Of a DNA stretch of 33,294 nt, positions 1 to 12,500 are shown piece by piece. The DNA comes from Azolla caroliniana (lineage: Eukaryota > Plantae > Polypodiophyta). Numbering within the stretch: position 1 is the stretch's first letter; every line of letters starts with the position of its first letter. Where the stretch lies: assembly GCA_043228905.1 (NCBI GenBank), contig JBHGNT010000338.1, positions 1 through 33,294 on the forward strand. Direction: 5' to 3'. The translations under genes were made by a program, and so were the position numbers. The notes beneath the pieces were generated by a model, which was not told the origin of the DNA, made no database searches, and worked only from the letters and a program-made list of their open reading frames with translations.

Positions 1-182
1 AAAGAAATTTGTAATAACAATGTAGAATCCATATGTGTAGCAATACTATCATTTTGTCTTTTATCCAAATTAGAGAAATGCCCATGCTTTGTATTTGTTC
101 AAATGAATCGAGTGTTTTTACTCATTCCTATATTCATATTTGTTAATTGTTGAATGCTAACCTTGTTTGGTGCCTTTTGTAG

Positions 183-250
183 GGTCCATGGATATGAGAA
201 GAGCCTTTTTGCAACTAGTGTGGTCGAGATTCTTCTCATCTGATATTTGA
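183..250 (+). other. Possible terminal exon of an upstream gene
   Basis: Acceptor-like TGCTAAC...TGCCTTTTGTAG ends at 182, followed by a short GC-richer open stretch to TGA at 243 or 250. No recognisable product. Confidence 0.25.
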
Positions 251-1527
251 CTAAGCTATGTACGATTGCTCACAATAATAAATAGTGTCGGAATATTGTA
301 TCTTCACTTTTCAACATCAATAAAAAATTTACTCAAACAATATATCTTTTTTCAATATATGATTCTTGAGGAAACTAATGTTCCATTTGATCATGTGTGT
401 CTCTTGATTGATTATGGTATTTTCCAAAAAGGTATATTATATAAGTGTCGAATTTTGTTGAATTAGCAATAAGGAAATTTGAATTAGCGAATTTGTTGGG
501 TTTTTTCTATTCTTCCAACTCTATAATCATATGAAATTCCGTTTTGAAAACATGTAGTATTGTGGGATATATATGATGCATGGCCTGATGCTACATGAGT
601 TAACAATTAGTGATGGGTTCGATAAAGATTGAGCTATATAAAATGCTAGTTTGAAATGCATCTAGAGTGAAAACATTAGAGACACAAAAGATATTTGTTC
701 AGCTAACAAAACACAACGTGGTTTCATGGTCGACATTGTCATGTGAATTTGCACAATCTATTTTAAGCTTGATAAAGGCATCAAAAGGGGGTGGGCCATA
801 TAGATATGTTGAACACTTTTTGTAAAGCTAATATTGATAATATGCATAATTCTTACAATTCTATGTGCCATTGTTTTGTAATATAGACCTATGATTTTGG
901 GGAAAGCTCAGATGCTTTTATTGGTATGTACAATTGAGAATTCATAAAATGAATGAAGTCGGAATTTTTCTATGGCATCTTCTAATGTAGTAATGTCTTG
1001 GTACATTGTGTGTGTATGTGTCTTATAATCTTTGCCATTCAATGTATGATCCCATGGCGCCAACCAAGATCAATGCATTTCAACTAATTTTTTCCTTCGA
1101 AGCTACCTTCTACAATCTCAACATGAATAAGTTTGCAAAAGATATGGAAGAGGTTTCAAAGAAAGAGATTCAATTTCCCCCAAAAAAGGGGTTTTCTCTC
1201 TCTTCTTCTTATTTTTTTGTTTTTGTTTTTGTTTTTTTTTTCAAATATTTCTCTATTTTACTTTTAGGTTTTTTAGTATATGTAAATATAACTATGTGGG
1301 CAGTCCTGATCATCCGAGATTCCCCAACCACTTCAGGGCCGTCCAAAGCCATAGATTCACGAGCTCTCACTATTTAATGTTTTTGTATCAAATATTTTAT
1401 GAAGGACCATAACTCACAAGGGAAGTACACTTTCTAAATGGACTTGCCTTTAGATAAGCTGGATTATTGAAGGAGTTACACGAGCATTCAATGTTCAATG
1501 ACCCGTGGGCCACTCCCTTATTTTGTT

Positions 1528-1697
1528 TTTTTCCCAAAAAAACACTGCTTCGCATTAGTTAGCAAACTGAATACAACAAAGTTAAACTTGAATCCATAAT
1601 GGGATCAGTATATACAGCACGGAGGAACAACTCCAAAACCCAAAAAAAAAAAACAGCAAAACTTACACAGTCCTTATCCCCAAAAAAACTAGCAACG
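1528..1697 (-). mobile_element. 170-bp retroposed insertion (severely 5'-truncated LINE or tail-sharing SINE) with 15-bp TSD
   Basis: Exact direct repeat CTCCCTTATTTTGTT at 1513-1527 and 1698-1712. The insert starts with TTTTTCCCAAAAAAACACTGCTTCGCATTAGTTAGCAAAC, nearly identical to the LINE tail at 10367-10406. Confidence 0.85.
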
Positions 1698-3049
1698 CTC
1701 CCTTATTTTGTTGCTATATCTTTGGCAAAAAACTCACTAGCTTTAACTATCTAACACTTCTCCTTTGACATATGTATTCCAATCATGTTACCAAGTTAGC
1801 ATACCATGCCACGTTAGCATATTATAGTAAGGTCGAAATATAAATGAATTAGGAATGTGTACAATCTGTTATTGGCAATCCGTTACATCATGTAAAGAAT
1901 GCATTTAGTGAAGCACATGACAAAAAACCAAATTTTTGTATGAGTCCCCTTGGTAGCACTTTACCAACCATGAATATTGAGGTAGCACATATTAGAATAC
2001 TTATTGCATCATGATTAAAGACCATTGTGAGCATTGAATGAAATTGTTTGTGGCATCGTGAAAGTAATGCTACATACATGTAGTATATAATCTATTAGTT
2101 TCAAAAAGTGTCTTGCATCATATCAAGGATATCATGTAAACAATGTGACGTATCAAGTAATGTTAACGAAGTCATAATCTAGTGTACCTTGCAAAAAAAT
2201 GACTAATTTGTCATCTTGGTCCATAACAAAAATTTACTAGAATGATCATGACATGATTGTGACTTAAAAAATATGATGTCTGTAGCAATTCATCTAGTGG
2301 CATATTTCTTGAGAATAACTATGGCTTTATCACGACTTCTTACCTTGCTACATTAAACATCAACTATAATCCTCACGATCAATCTTTAGTATGTCAAGCT
2401 ATATGACAATAATAAAATAAACATATTCCCAAAGAGATAAATAAATATATAATTAGATACAAAAATTTTAATCGCGAAAAAATAAAAATGAAACGATTAG
2501 AGGATTGAATAGGATTATTAAACATATGATTAATGTAAGGCCAAAATAGTAAATGTGTTGTTGAGTGGCACATTTGCATGGTAAGCATTCTAGTTAATGC
2601 CACCTAAAGATGCAAACAAGTGATACAATTAAGCAATATGACTCTTATCTTTCCACATCTATACGTCTTTAGTCCAATAGACTTGGTTTGATGGCCATTC
2701 ATTCATGGACCATCTCAAGCCTCAAGGACTTTGAATGTGATTTGAAGAATGTTAAGACGAAGAAGACCCAACAACAATGCTTTCCAATGCATCTTTGAGC
2801 TCAAAAATATCTCCATTCATTCTAGTGCATTGAATGAACTTTGATAGCAAGGCACAAGACAACTAATAAAAACTATGGACAAGTATTAAAATCCTTTGAT
2901 AACACTCAGGAAATAGCAAAAGTATTCTCGCTAATTTTTAAAATATCAAATGTTCACTAGAGTTGGGACGATGAAAAGGGATTTCTAGACAGATATAAAG
3001 AAAGAAATACAAAGAACATGCATATTTACATCGAGTGGACGCTTTCTAG

Positions 3050-3052
<3 letters not shown>

Positions 3053-3128
<76 letters not shown>
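3053..3128. repeat. Compound (TG)n(AG)n microsatellite
   Basis: Direct reading. Confidence 0.97.
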
Positions 3129-3129
<1 letters not shown>

Positions 3130-4180
3130 TTAACCCTATGCTTTATCGGTCCATTTTTGCCTTTGCAACTTTTCTTGTTTGTATTTGATTCGGTGCTTTT
3201 GAAACAATTGGTGCACATGCAATGATGTTTTCCACATCAACAACGTGGTGATGTGAATCATAGTTGCCATTAGAAGAGTTTTTTGTACATCAATTTTCCG
3301 TGTAGCAATTGATGTGCTATGATCTATTGGCACAGGAAGAAACCATTATTTGTTATATTGTTCTACAATAGTGTAAGGGTTCTAGCTAGGTCCTTGATGA
3401 TATATATTGGCAACCAATTTTCTATTTTGTTGTCTCATGTTGTACTTTGACATGTTTTCCAAGAAAAAGAAATAGATGCTAGTGCTTATTGGAGTTTGAC
3501 ATGTTGTACTTAATAACAATGTTTTTGCAATATCCTAAAAGACATAACATAAATACATGCATAGGAAACTTTGTAGAAAACAACTATTGGGGGAATTCAT
3601 TTCTAGTATGTTATATGAGACGCATGTAAAAGCATATTGTTTATTGCAATGATGAGAAAGAAAGAAGAAGTAAGGATATTAACGACTTCTAAGACCAAAT
3701 TTGGCCCATGAGACAATTAATTACAATAATGGGTATATGTACCCAATCATCGAAAATAAAAAGACAAAAGATGAATATGTCTATTTTATACCAACCTCAA
3801 AGATTCCAATGTGGAATGTGAGTCCGAAATATGTTATATATCCAATTGTTTGGGCTTATGTGAGTTGTGGGCTATATGAGTGAGGCAAAGTAACGCCAAT
3901 GGCCCAACGTTCTTCCAATTGGTGTGGGAGTCACACCATGTCTTTCAATATAGCTTATATATTGCGCCTTTCAAGTTCCATGATAGAGATACCCAAACAT
4001 TGTTGATCCTCGACTTGGATGACACAATGCAATTTCCTAAATTCTTCTTGAAATAGAAAGAGTGGCATCTACCTTCGAAGTCATCGTTTACAATACATCA
4101 ACAAACGCAATGTTACTCTCACCCCCCTCTCACATAATTGGTATAGCTCACTATATGTTGTCAAAGAAAATATTCAATTT

Positions 4181-4183
<3 letters not shown>

Positions 4184-4221
<38 letters not shown>

Positions 4222-4276
4222 TTAGAATGGTGATGATATTTATTTTATTCCCCGTTGTGTTGTATAGGAGAGAGAG

Positions 4277-4321
<45 letters not shown>
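4184..4321. repeat. (GA)n and (AG)n(TG)n microsatellites
   Basis: 4184-4219 and 4269-4321, direct reading. Confidence 0.97.
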
Positions 4322-4324
<3 letters not shown>

Positions 4325-5019
4325 AGATGGATAGGGGTCTTGAGTCTTGACTCTCACTCGTACTTAAAGACCACATGATATACATATTTTGAACAAGGGC
4401 GGCAACATCCAAGAAGCTGTTGTTGCCGAAAAGATTTTGCTTTTTGTGTAGACTAATCGTCATCATACTATATAGACATCATCATCATGACCATACCAAA
4501 GAAGATAATAGTAACTTTAACGTAGCAATATCAAAGTAATAATAGAACAAGTATATATACACACATACATACATATGCTGCTAATACTTCATTGGGGAAA
4601 TGATCAAAATGTGATTAGGTTTGATTATAAACTCAAAAAGCAAATTGACTTCTGAATGTTAGAGGGGATGGGGGAATAATATATTATACATATTGATAAT
4701 CAAGAACTACATTACTACCAAATGCTAAATATAAGACTTAATAACTAATTAATTGTCGAAAAAAGATTCTTACTTTTCATGAATTGTGTTCCTCGTTAGA
4801 GTTTGGCATGTGGTTTGGAGCTCAAATTTTCATGCCATTAGGAGCTCAAGTTCCACTTGGCATTTATATATACGTGAAAAACCAAGGGTACATTTTCAAA
4901 TTTTCTATGCACATAACAAATACTTTCTAGGTTAAAACTAAGATGGTTATAACATGTGAGGATGTTAAAGGTGTGCGATTGGATCTATATCACGAGACTT
5001 TATTTCCATGCCCCAATGA

Positions 5020-5362
5020 TGTAACCCCACAATGTGAGTGAGTTCCATTGGGTTCCTCCCTACACCTTACCTTGTGAACCTCACGTCAAACAGTTTCTAC
5101 ATGGGGGTCTTGGTAGATGCCCTCTTTGGAAGCTCATGGTCCCATAACTCAATAAGGTTTCCTCACCGCAAGATGTGAGCCATGGCCACGTGCTTAGACT
5201 AGTCCATATTTTGGAACCAACGATGGAGGGCCGCGTGTCGTCAGCACGCCTCTCCACTATGTTTCGGGCCAGCTAGCGAGTGTGAACGCGGCCCGGGCTT
5301 AGAAGTATGATAGAGTTCCGGGGTACTATGCGATGGATCGGATCGCATTAAAAATGCTTACA
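5020..5362. mobile_element. Possible solo LTR
   Basis: GC-richer 343-bp island bounded by TGTAA...TTACA; flanks AATGA/CATGT match only 3 of 5. Confidence 0.3.
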
Positions 5363-5739
5363 CATGTGGGTCAATGAGCAGGCGTCCGTGAAACGTCATC
5401 ATGGGGTGCCCAATGAGATGATGTCATGCCCATAATTCTTTAAGCAAAGGGTTTCCCTAGTACCTAGTACCCAGTACCTACCCACAAACAGTGAGAGAGT
5501 ACGTGAAAGTGAGAGTGACAGAGTTCTCTACATTATACATTAATCTTGTTCGGTCCATGACTGTAATTGAAATTCCCCAATCGCATAGAGCCAATCGAAT
5601 TCTGTATAATAAGCTGCTGCCTGATTGTCTGAGTATTCACGAGGGCAATCGATAGATCCATCATCAAGGATCTGCGAGGTCTGATTATAATTTGTTCAGC
5701 CAGGCCAATTGATCGTTATGACTAGGTCGTCCATCAATT

Positions 5740-5774
5740 ATTAGATCGATCCTCCTCCTCACCTTTCCTATTGA

Positions 5775-5809
<35 letters not shown>

Positions 5810-5900
5810 CACCTCGATTCATACTGATCCATCATCATTGCCATCACCACCATTCATACTGATCCTTCATCATTGCCATCCATCAACACCATTCATACTC
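5740..5900. repeat. (CAT)n microsatellite and CAT-based minisatellite
   Basis: (CAT)n at 5777-5806; ATTCATACTGATCC.TCATCATTGCCATC repeated. Confidence 0.85.
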
Positions 5901-6282
5901 TAATTCTAACTCGCTCTGCCAGAAAATTATATCGCCTGATTCATCATCTTCACCAACTGGATCATTTCCAAAAAAGCTCCCCCCCCCCCGCCAATCTGAA
6001 AGAAATAAACCATTAAAAAAATTGTTCTTTTTTGGAAGAAAAGACACCAATCTTGGAGGATCAAAAATCCATGTCCTCAAACAAAAAGCTCGACGATCAG
6101 TTCAATAAATATGCAAAATTAAGCTCTCAACGCAGTCCAAAGGCTTTAAAAAAAAAAAAAAAAGCTCAAAAAAGGTAGGATTTTAACTCTTGAAGTCTGA
6201 TTAATAATCTGAGTTACACAAGAGTGAAGTAAACATCTGAGGCGAGAGAGAGAGAGAGAGAGAGATCTACGAAACGAGATAT

Positions 6283-6597
6283 ATGGAGGGAGGGAATTTC
6301 GTGAGGAGATGGACAGGTTTTGTGGCAGCCATGTGGCTCATGATATTCTCAGGTTCCTACGGATTTGCGAACTACTCCACAGCGCTGAAGGCGGTGATGG
6401 GGATAAGCCAGGCGCAGCTCAACCGCCTGAGCGTGGCCAAGGACTTGGGAGACTCGTTGGGCGTGGTGGCTGGGATCCTGTCCAACCATCTGCCACCGTC
6501 CGCCCTTCTCTGCATTGGGGCCACTGTCGCTCTCTTCGGCTATGGCCTCCTCTTCCTTGTCATCTCCCAAACCATCCAGCCCTTGCCCTATTGGATG
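6283..6597 (+). CDS. NFD4-like MFS transporter, exon 1
   Basis: ATG at 6283; [13 protein letters not shown]...PLPYWM, then donor GTAAAT at 6598. Confidence 0.92.
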
Positions 6598-9500
6598 GTA
6601 AATCAATCAACTCCACTGTTACAACAACACCACCACCACTTTTATCATTTCATATCCATCACACCACTTGATTCACTCTCTGCATTCCATATGTGGTACA
6701 TACATTCATACATACATATGTGATGGATATGAAATGATAAAAGTGTTGTTGTTGTTGTTGTTGTTGTTGTTGTAACAGTTCACTCTCTGCATTCCGTATG
6801 TGGTACATTCATTCATTCATACATACATATAAGTTAAATGGAGTTTGGATCGATGATGGATTCGATCGTTAGGAGAGGAAGGCAGATCAGATCCACTGGC
6901 TCAATCCCATGGATCCATTAGTTGAACATCCAGTCCATATAATTTGTGCATATAAATCGATTCAATTATTATATGCACAATCATCTTACATCTGTGCTAC
7001 AGTTCAGTAGAAATTACCAACTTATATTCTGGATCTATCATGCATTATCATCATGGATTGGTTCCATCATGCATCATGCATCATTATCCTGGATTGGTTC
7101 TATCATGCATCATGGATTGGTTCCATCATCATGCATCATCATGCATCATCATGCATCCTCATAACAACTCATCTATGTCATCGTCCTTGTGTTGGTTCAA
7201 TGAACTGTACTGTATATGTATAACAATTGGATCTATCATCTTCATCTAATGTTATATATACCATGGCACTTTCTTTCCATAATGAACTTTTTTTTTTTGA
7301 CAGTAGTAGCTACATAGTAAAACAATGTTGAATCAATAATTAGGACAATTTTGTGTAACTAACTGAAACAAACTAGTTATGTATATAATTTGGGAATTGG
7401 ATAATATAATGTGGATGAAAATTGCTGCTGCATCAGATGTTCTTGGTGAGCATGACGGCTGGCAATGCCATCTCGTGGATGAACGCGTCCGTGTTCACGG
7501 TGGCGGTCCGGAACTTCCCTCGCAACCGGGGTCCCGTGGTCGGCCTCTTCAAGGCCTACATGGGGCTGTCGGCCGCGCTCTACTCCAACCTGTGCGAGAG
7601 GTTCTTCGACAGCTCCTCCTCCATGTTCGTGCTCATGCTCCTCGTGCTCGTCCCGTCCTTCACCCTCGCGACCGCCCTCTTCTTCCAGACCGTGCCCCCA
7701 TCGGACACCGAGCGCGAGGAGAACCTCGAGCGCCGGGCCGTGGCCGCCTTCACGGGCATCGCCATGTGCCTCGCCTCCTACATCATCCTCCAAGCCTTCG
7801 TGCCCGTCCTCACCGACAACCCCATCCTCCAGAACCTACTCTTCGTGTTGCTCGCCGCCCCCGCTGCCGTCCCCTTCTTCTTGTACTTCCAAATGAAGAG
7901 GCTCACAAGCCGAGATCATGACCATTCCGCCGATCATCGTCAACATTATGCCCCGGCCGATCAAGGTGTGAAACCAAAACTTATCGGCGATGCTACTAGT
8001 AGTGATGAACCGGAAAGTCATCACGACGACAACTATCACGAAAAGAACGACAACATTAATAATAGTTACGTCAAATCAGATTTGGAGAAAGACAGATTGA
8101 CAAAGCCTTTTTTGGACAATGACAATGATGATGGAAAAGCTAAAGGAAATGCATTAACTAGTGACATTAGCTATTACAAGTCAAGAGGGTGTTGTTGCCA
8201 TATGATCAATTGTGCACATGAATTGTCCCTTGTGTCTCATGGGCTAGGAGAGGACATCTCCACTCTCTCTCTCCTCCAGACATGGCATTACTATGTGCTC
8301 TATTTTGCCCTCTTTTGTGGAGCCGGATCTGGCATGGCATTTGTCAACAACTTGGGTCAAGTCGCGCAATCCTTCGGGTATAGCACAACTACAACGTTCA
8401 CTTCGCTCTTTAGCTTGGGCAACTTTATGGGCAGGATCCTTTCTGGCTACGTCTCTGAATACACGATAAGGTGCACCTCTTTTTCCTTTTCAATGTACCC
8501 TTTCAATATGCTATAATCTAAAGTGAATGTTTTCATTGTATTCCTACTCTCATGAAGAAAGCATCCTACTTAATGAAGAAAGTAAATGCACTTCACGAGA
8601 GAGAGAGAGAGAGAGAGAGAAAGATGGATCAATGGATTCCATTTAATATCTCCGTTTTCTTTTTTTCTTTTTTCCAAAAAAGAATATACTCCTTTAGTTA
8701 AAATATACACAAACTCGATCCCTTTCTCGGGTAGGCCGTGGAAGACTATCCTATCCTACATAAGAGATCTCGTTTATTTATCTTACACTTTCACATATGT
8801 CTCTAGCCATCCTTTCATACTCTTTACCTACATTCACTATCCCACATGCCATGTTCTTGAACCCGACAAATGATAAAAATTGAGACAACTAATCTTCCAT
8901 GCCCATTTTTGTGGAAGCGTTGTTCTTGAAGTGACAATCCAACTAGGCAACATCGCTAGTAAATGTCCTCATAACCTCACCAAGGGTAAAATTTTTGTGA
9001 TGTTTAATCACTATTCCCCAAGCCCATTTTTGTGGATGCTTTTTTTGTGCAAACAATCCAATTGGGCAACCAACCATAGACCTAGTAAATGTCCTCGGAA
9101 CCTCACAAAGAGTAAAAATTATGGCGGCTAATATTCAGTACTCCCCCAACCCATTTCTGTGGAAGCTTCTATCCCCCATGCCTAGTTTTTGTAGAAGCTT
9201 TTATGCACGGTCAATATACAAACACATACATTGCGGAATATGTTAGAAAATGGACATTTCGGGTAAGAATTGAAAAAGAAACCTCTCTATGAGCAATTGT
9301 TTATGTGAAACTTTTGAAGCCAATTTAATGGCTTTTCTTCTATTATATTTCTTCAAAATCATTTAGCTTTCTCTTATAGTCGAAAGATGGTCTCGAAAAT
9401 TTGTCATTCCCAAATATTGTACCAAGACTCTTGGGTTGCCTTCAAACACTTGTCGGTGGCATAGAGTGTTATATGAAAGCATTTGCTTTACCTTGATGTG

Positions 9501-12500
9501 TAATGAGATCCATGTAAGATAACCCCTATCAGTTTCATGTCACAATTGGGATCTTCGAGTTTTGTATGAAACTATTTTATTTGTAGGTTGTGAAACATTC
9601 ATTTGGAGAAGTGAAATTTTTACTGATCAATACACTAAAAGGAGTCGAAACTTGAGCCCATGCCACATGGCATCAAATGACCATTGAATCCCCTTCACCA
9701 CTTTAGGATCCGAGAAATTTTGAGGCTTGTTTATCACTTTGTGATATTATCTAATGTCGAATCATGTCCTTGTTTTTTGCCACAACGAACAAACTTCATT
9801 TATAAAGCGACTTTTCAAGTAGTCATATAATAAATGCAAGTTGATTTGTAGAAGAACATTATTATTTTACGAAATACGTACAAATTTCGAGCATCGTCTC
9901 ACTATTTCCTATTATTTACATGAGGAGGAGAAGGACATTCAATTTTTTAGTGAATCAAAACTCTTCACGTATACAAGAGATGACAAATGTCTTGAATACT
10001 TATACATAAAGCACATGCAATAAGGCAACTTTTTCTATATTGTGACCTTTTCTAAATAAATAGAGTTACCGTAGAGCTTGGAAATGTGATAACATTCACA
10101 TTTAAGATATTGTTGCAAAGTACATTTTCCTTTGGGATGTGTGAATTTGTAAAGAGAGGCACATCTTTATCATTCTAGCATATATTTGCACTTCCATAGC
10201 ACTACCTAAGCATGAAACAATTGGCAATGGTTTGTAGTGCTCTAATAAAAAACATCAAAATGACCATAATGTAGCTGTATAAAATAAGTAACATCAAGTA
10301 AATTGATCCAAAACATCAAAATGACCCTAATGTAGCTCTATAAAATGAGTAGGATCAAGTAATTTTTTTTTCCAAAAAAACTACTACTTCGCATTAGTTA
10401 GCAAACAAAGTACATCAAAGACCAACAAATTTCAACAAAACTCACTTTGGTCTTCTCACCAAAGTGATCATAGTCCCCACCCCCTCATTTACAACAAAAG
10501 TATCCCATCAAATCTTTTAACATGGTCACAATCCCCCACCCCCTCATTTACAACGAAAGTATCCCATCAACTCTTTTAACATGGTAACTACCTTGTAATT
10601 GTCATATATATACGTCAAGTCAAGATAGGTTTTGAACCCACGACTTTGTCTATGTAGTCAATTAGTAATGCCATATATACGCGTCAAGTCAAAATAGGTT
10701 TCGAACCCACAACTTTGTCTATGTGGTCAATGTCATATATATACGTCAAGTCATGATGGGTTTTGAACCCACAACTTTGTATATGTAATCAATTAGTCTA
10801 GTAGATTGATCAAACATAGAATCATGATGTAAACACGAATACATATAGTCTCTTTCTGTTATTCCAGAAAGTTCTACAACTTTCTAGAAGCTCCTGCATG
10901 AAACTCCTTCTGCTTGCATGCAGAACTCCTAGATTTGTATAAATACAGGGGTTCACCTTGATCCCAATCAAGGTGAACAACCTCTTTTGTATGTCCCAAG
11001 CGGTCCGCGTCGGACCAAGGTGCTCCAAGAGTGTCACGATGATCCACTTGCTGGTCATTTTGGCGTTGCGAAAACCTTGGAGTTGATATCTCGAGGGTAT
11101 TGGTGGCCACAACCATTTAAATTGGTCAAAGAGTTTGTTAAGTCATGCGACACTTGTGCTCGCTCCAAAGCATCTCATCATCGACCATATGGTCTCCTTC
11201 AACATCTCCCAATCCCCAAACATTATTGGGCCTCTCCTTCCATGGATTTCATCACTGACCTTCCCTTTGTTGGTGGCTACGACTCGGTGTTCGTCATGGC
11301 TGATCACTTCACCAAGATGGCCCATTTTGCTCCATGTGCCAAAACCATTTACGGAGAGGAGACAACCGATTTGTTTTTTTAAAATGTTGTTCGACTACAT
11401 GGACTCCTGGACAATATCACTTCTGATTGGGGACCACAATTTGTTTCCAATTTCTGGCAGCGCATTCTGCAAACCTTAGGTTGTACTGTGAATCTGTCTT
11501 CAGCCTATCATCTGCAAACCGATGGATAAATGGAGCGGGTTAACCAAATCCTGGAACAGTACTTGCGGTGCTCTCTTAGCTACCAACAAGACGACTGGGT
11601 TGACCTTCTCCCACTTGCCGAGTTTGTCTACAACAACTCTCTGCATGCGTCTACGTGAGTTACTCTATTTTTCACAAACTATGGTCTCCACCCCCGTTTC
11701 AACATTTCTCTTCCCTCTGACTGTGTCAATCCTTTTGCAAAGGATGGGGCATGTCTCTTGGAGGATGTACATCTGACCTTTCCTTGGAGCTCACCCTTAG
11801 TGGCGAACACTACAAGGTGCAAGCTAACCGTCTTCGTTCAGATCCCCCCTGGTTTGAGGTGGGTGACTTTGTTTGGCTTCTCCGTCGCAATATTGCCACC
11901 ACTCGTCCTTGTCCAGACCTCGATTACAAGAAGTTAGGCCCTTTCAGAATCATCGAGAAAATTGGTTCCATGGTTGTCCGCTTAGAGCTACCATCTTTCG
12001 TATTCATAATGTATTCCATGTCTCCCTTCTTGAACCTCACAATCTATCTGAAATCCCCGGTCGAAACCCTTCTCCTCCACCACCAATCTAGCTCTCAACC
12101 GGAGAAGAATATGAGGTTGACCAAATTCTCGACTCTCGTCTCTTCTGTCGCCAGCATCAATCCCCGGTCGAAACCCTTCTCCTCCACCACCAATCTAGCT
12201 CTCAACCGGAGAAGAATATGAGGTTGACCAAATTCTCAACTCTCGTCTCTTCTGTCACCAACATCAATACCATGTCCTCTAGAAAGGGTACCCGATCTCT
12301 GAAGCAACATGGGAGCTGGCACAACATCTCAAACATTTGTCAGACGTAGTTCGAGCATTTCATGAACGATATCCACAGAAACCAGGGCGGAGTTTTCAAG
12401 GGCGGCCTTAAAGGGACGATAACATATATATACGTCAAGTCAAGATGGGTTTTGAACCCACGACTTTGTCTATGTAGTCAATTAGTAATGTCATATATAT

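Noticed and set aside
1006-1377. 123-aa hydrophobic ORF
   Set aside because: Non-ATG start, hydrophobicity comes from T-rich low complexity, and no family motif.
2985-4466. ORFs with HTHT/ERER/CVCV runs
   Set aside because: Translations of dinucleotide microsatellites.
7377-7921. Overlapping 138-aa (-) and 180-aa (+) ORFs
   Set aside because: Shadow frames of the GC-rich MFS exon 2.
10600-10801. CRISPR-like or true tRNA-gene reading of the LTR subrepeats
   Set aside because: Units are tandem with no unique spacers, the context is eukaryotic, and no complete cloverleaf can be formed.
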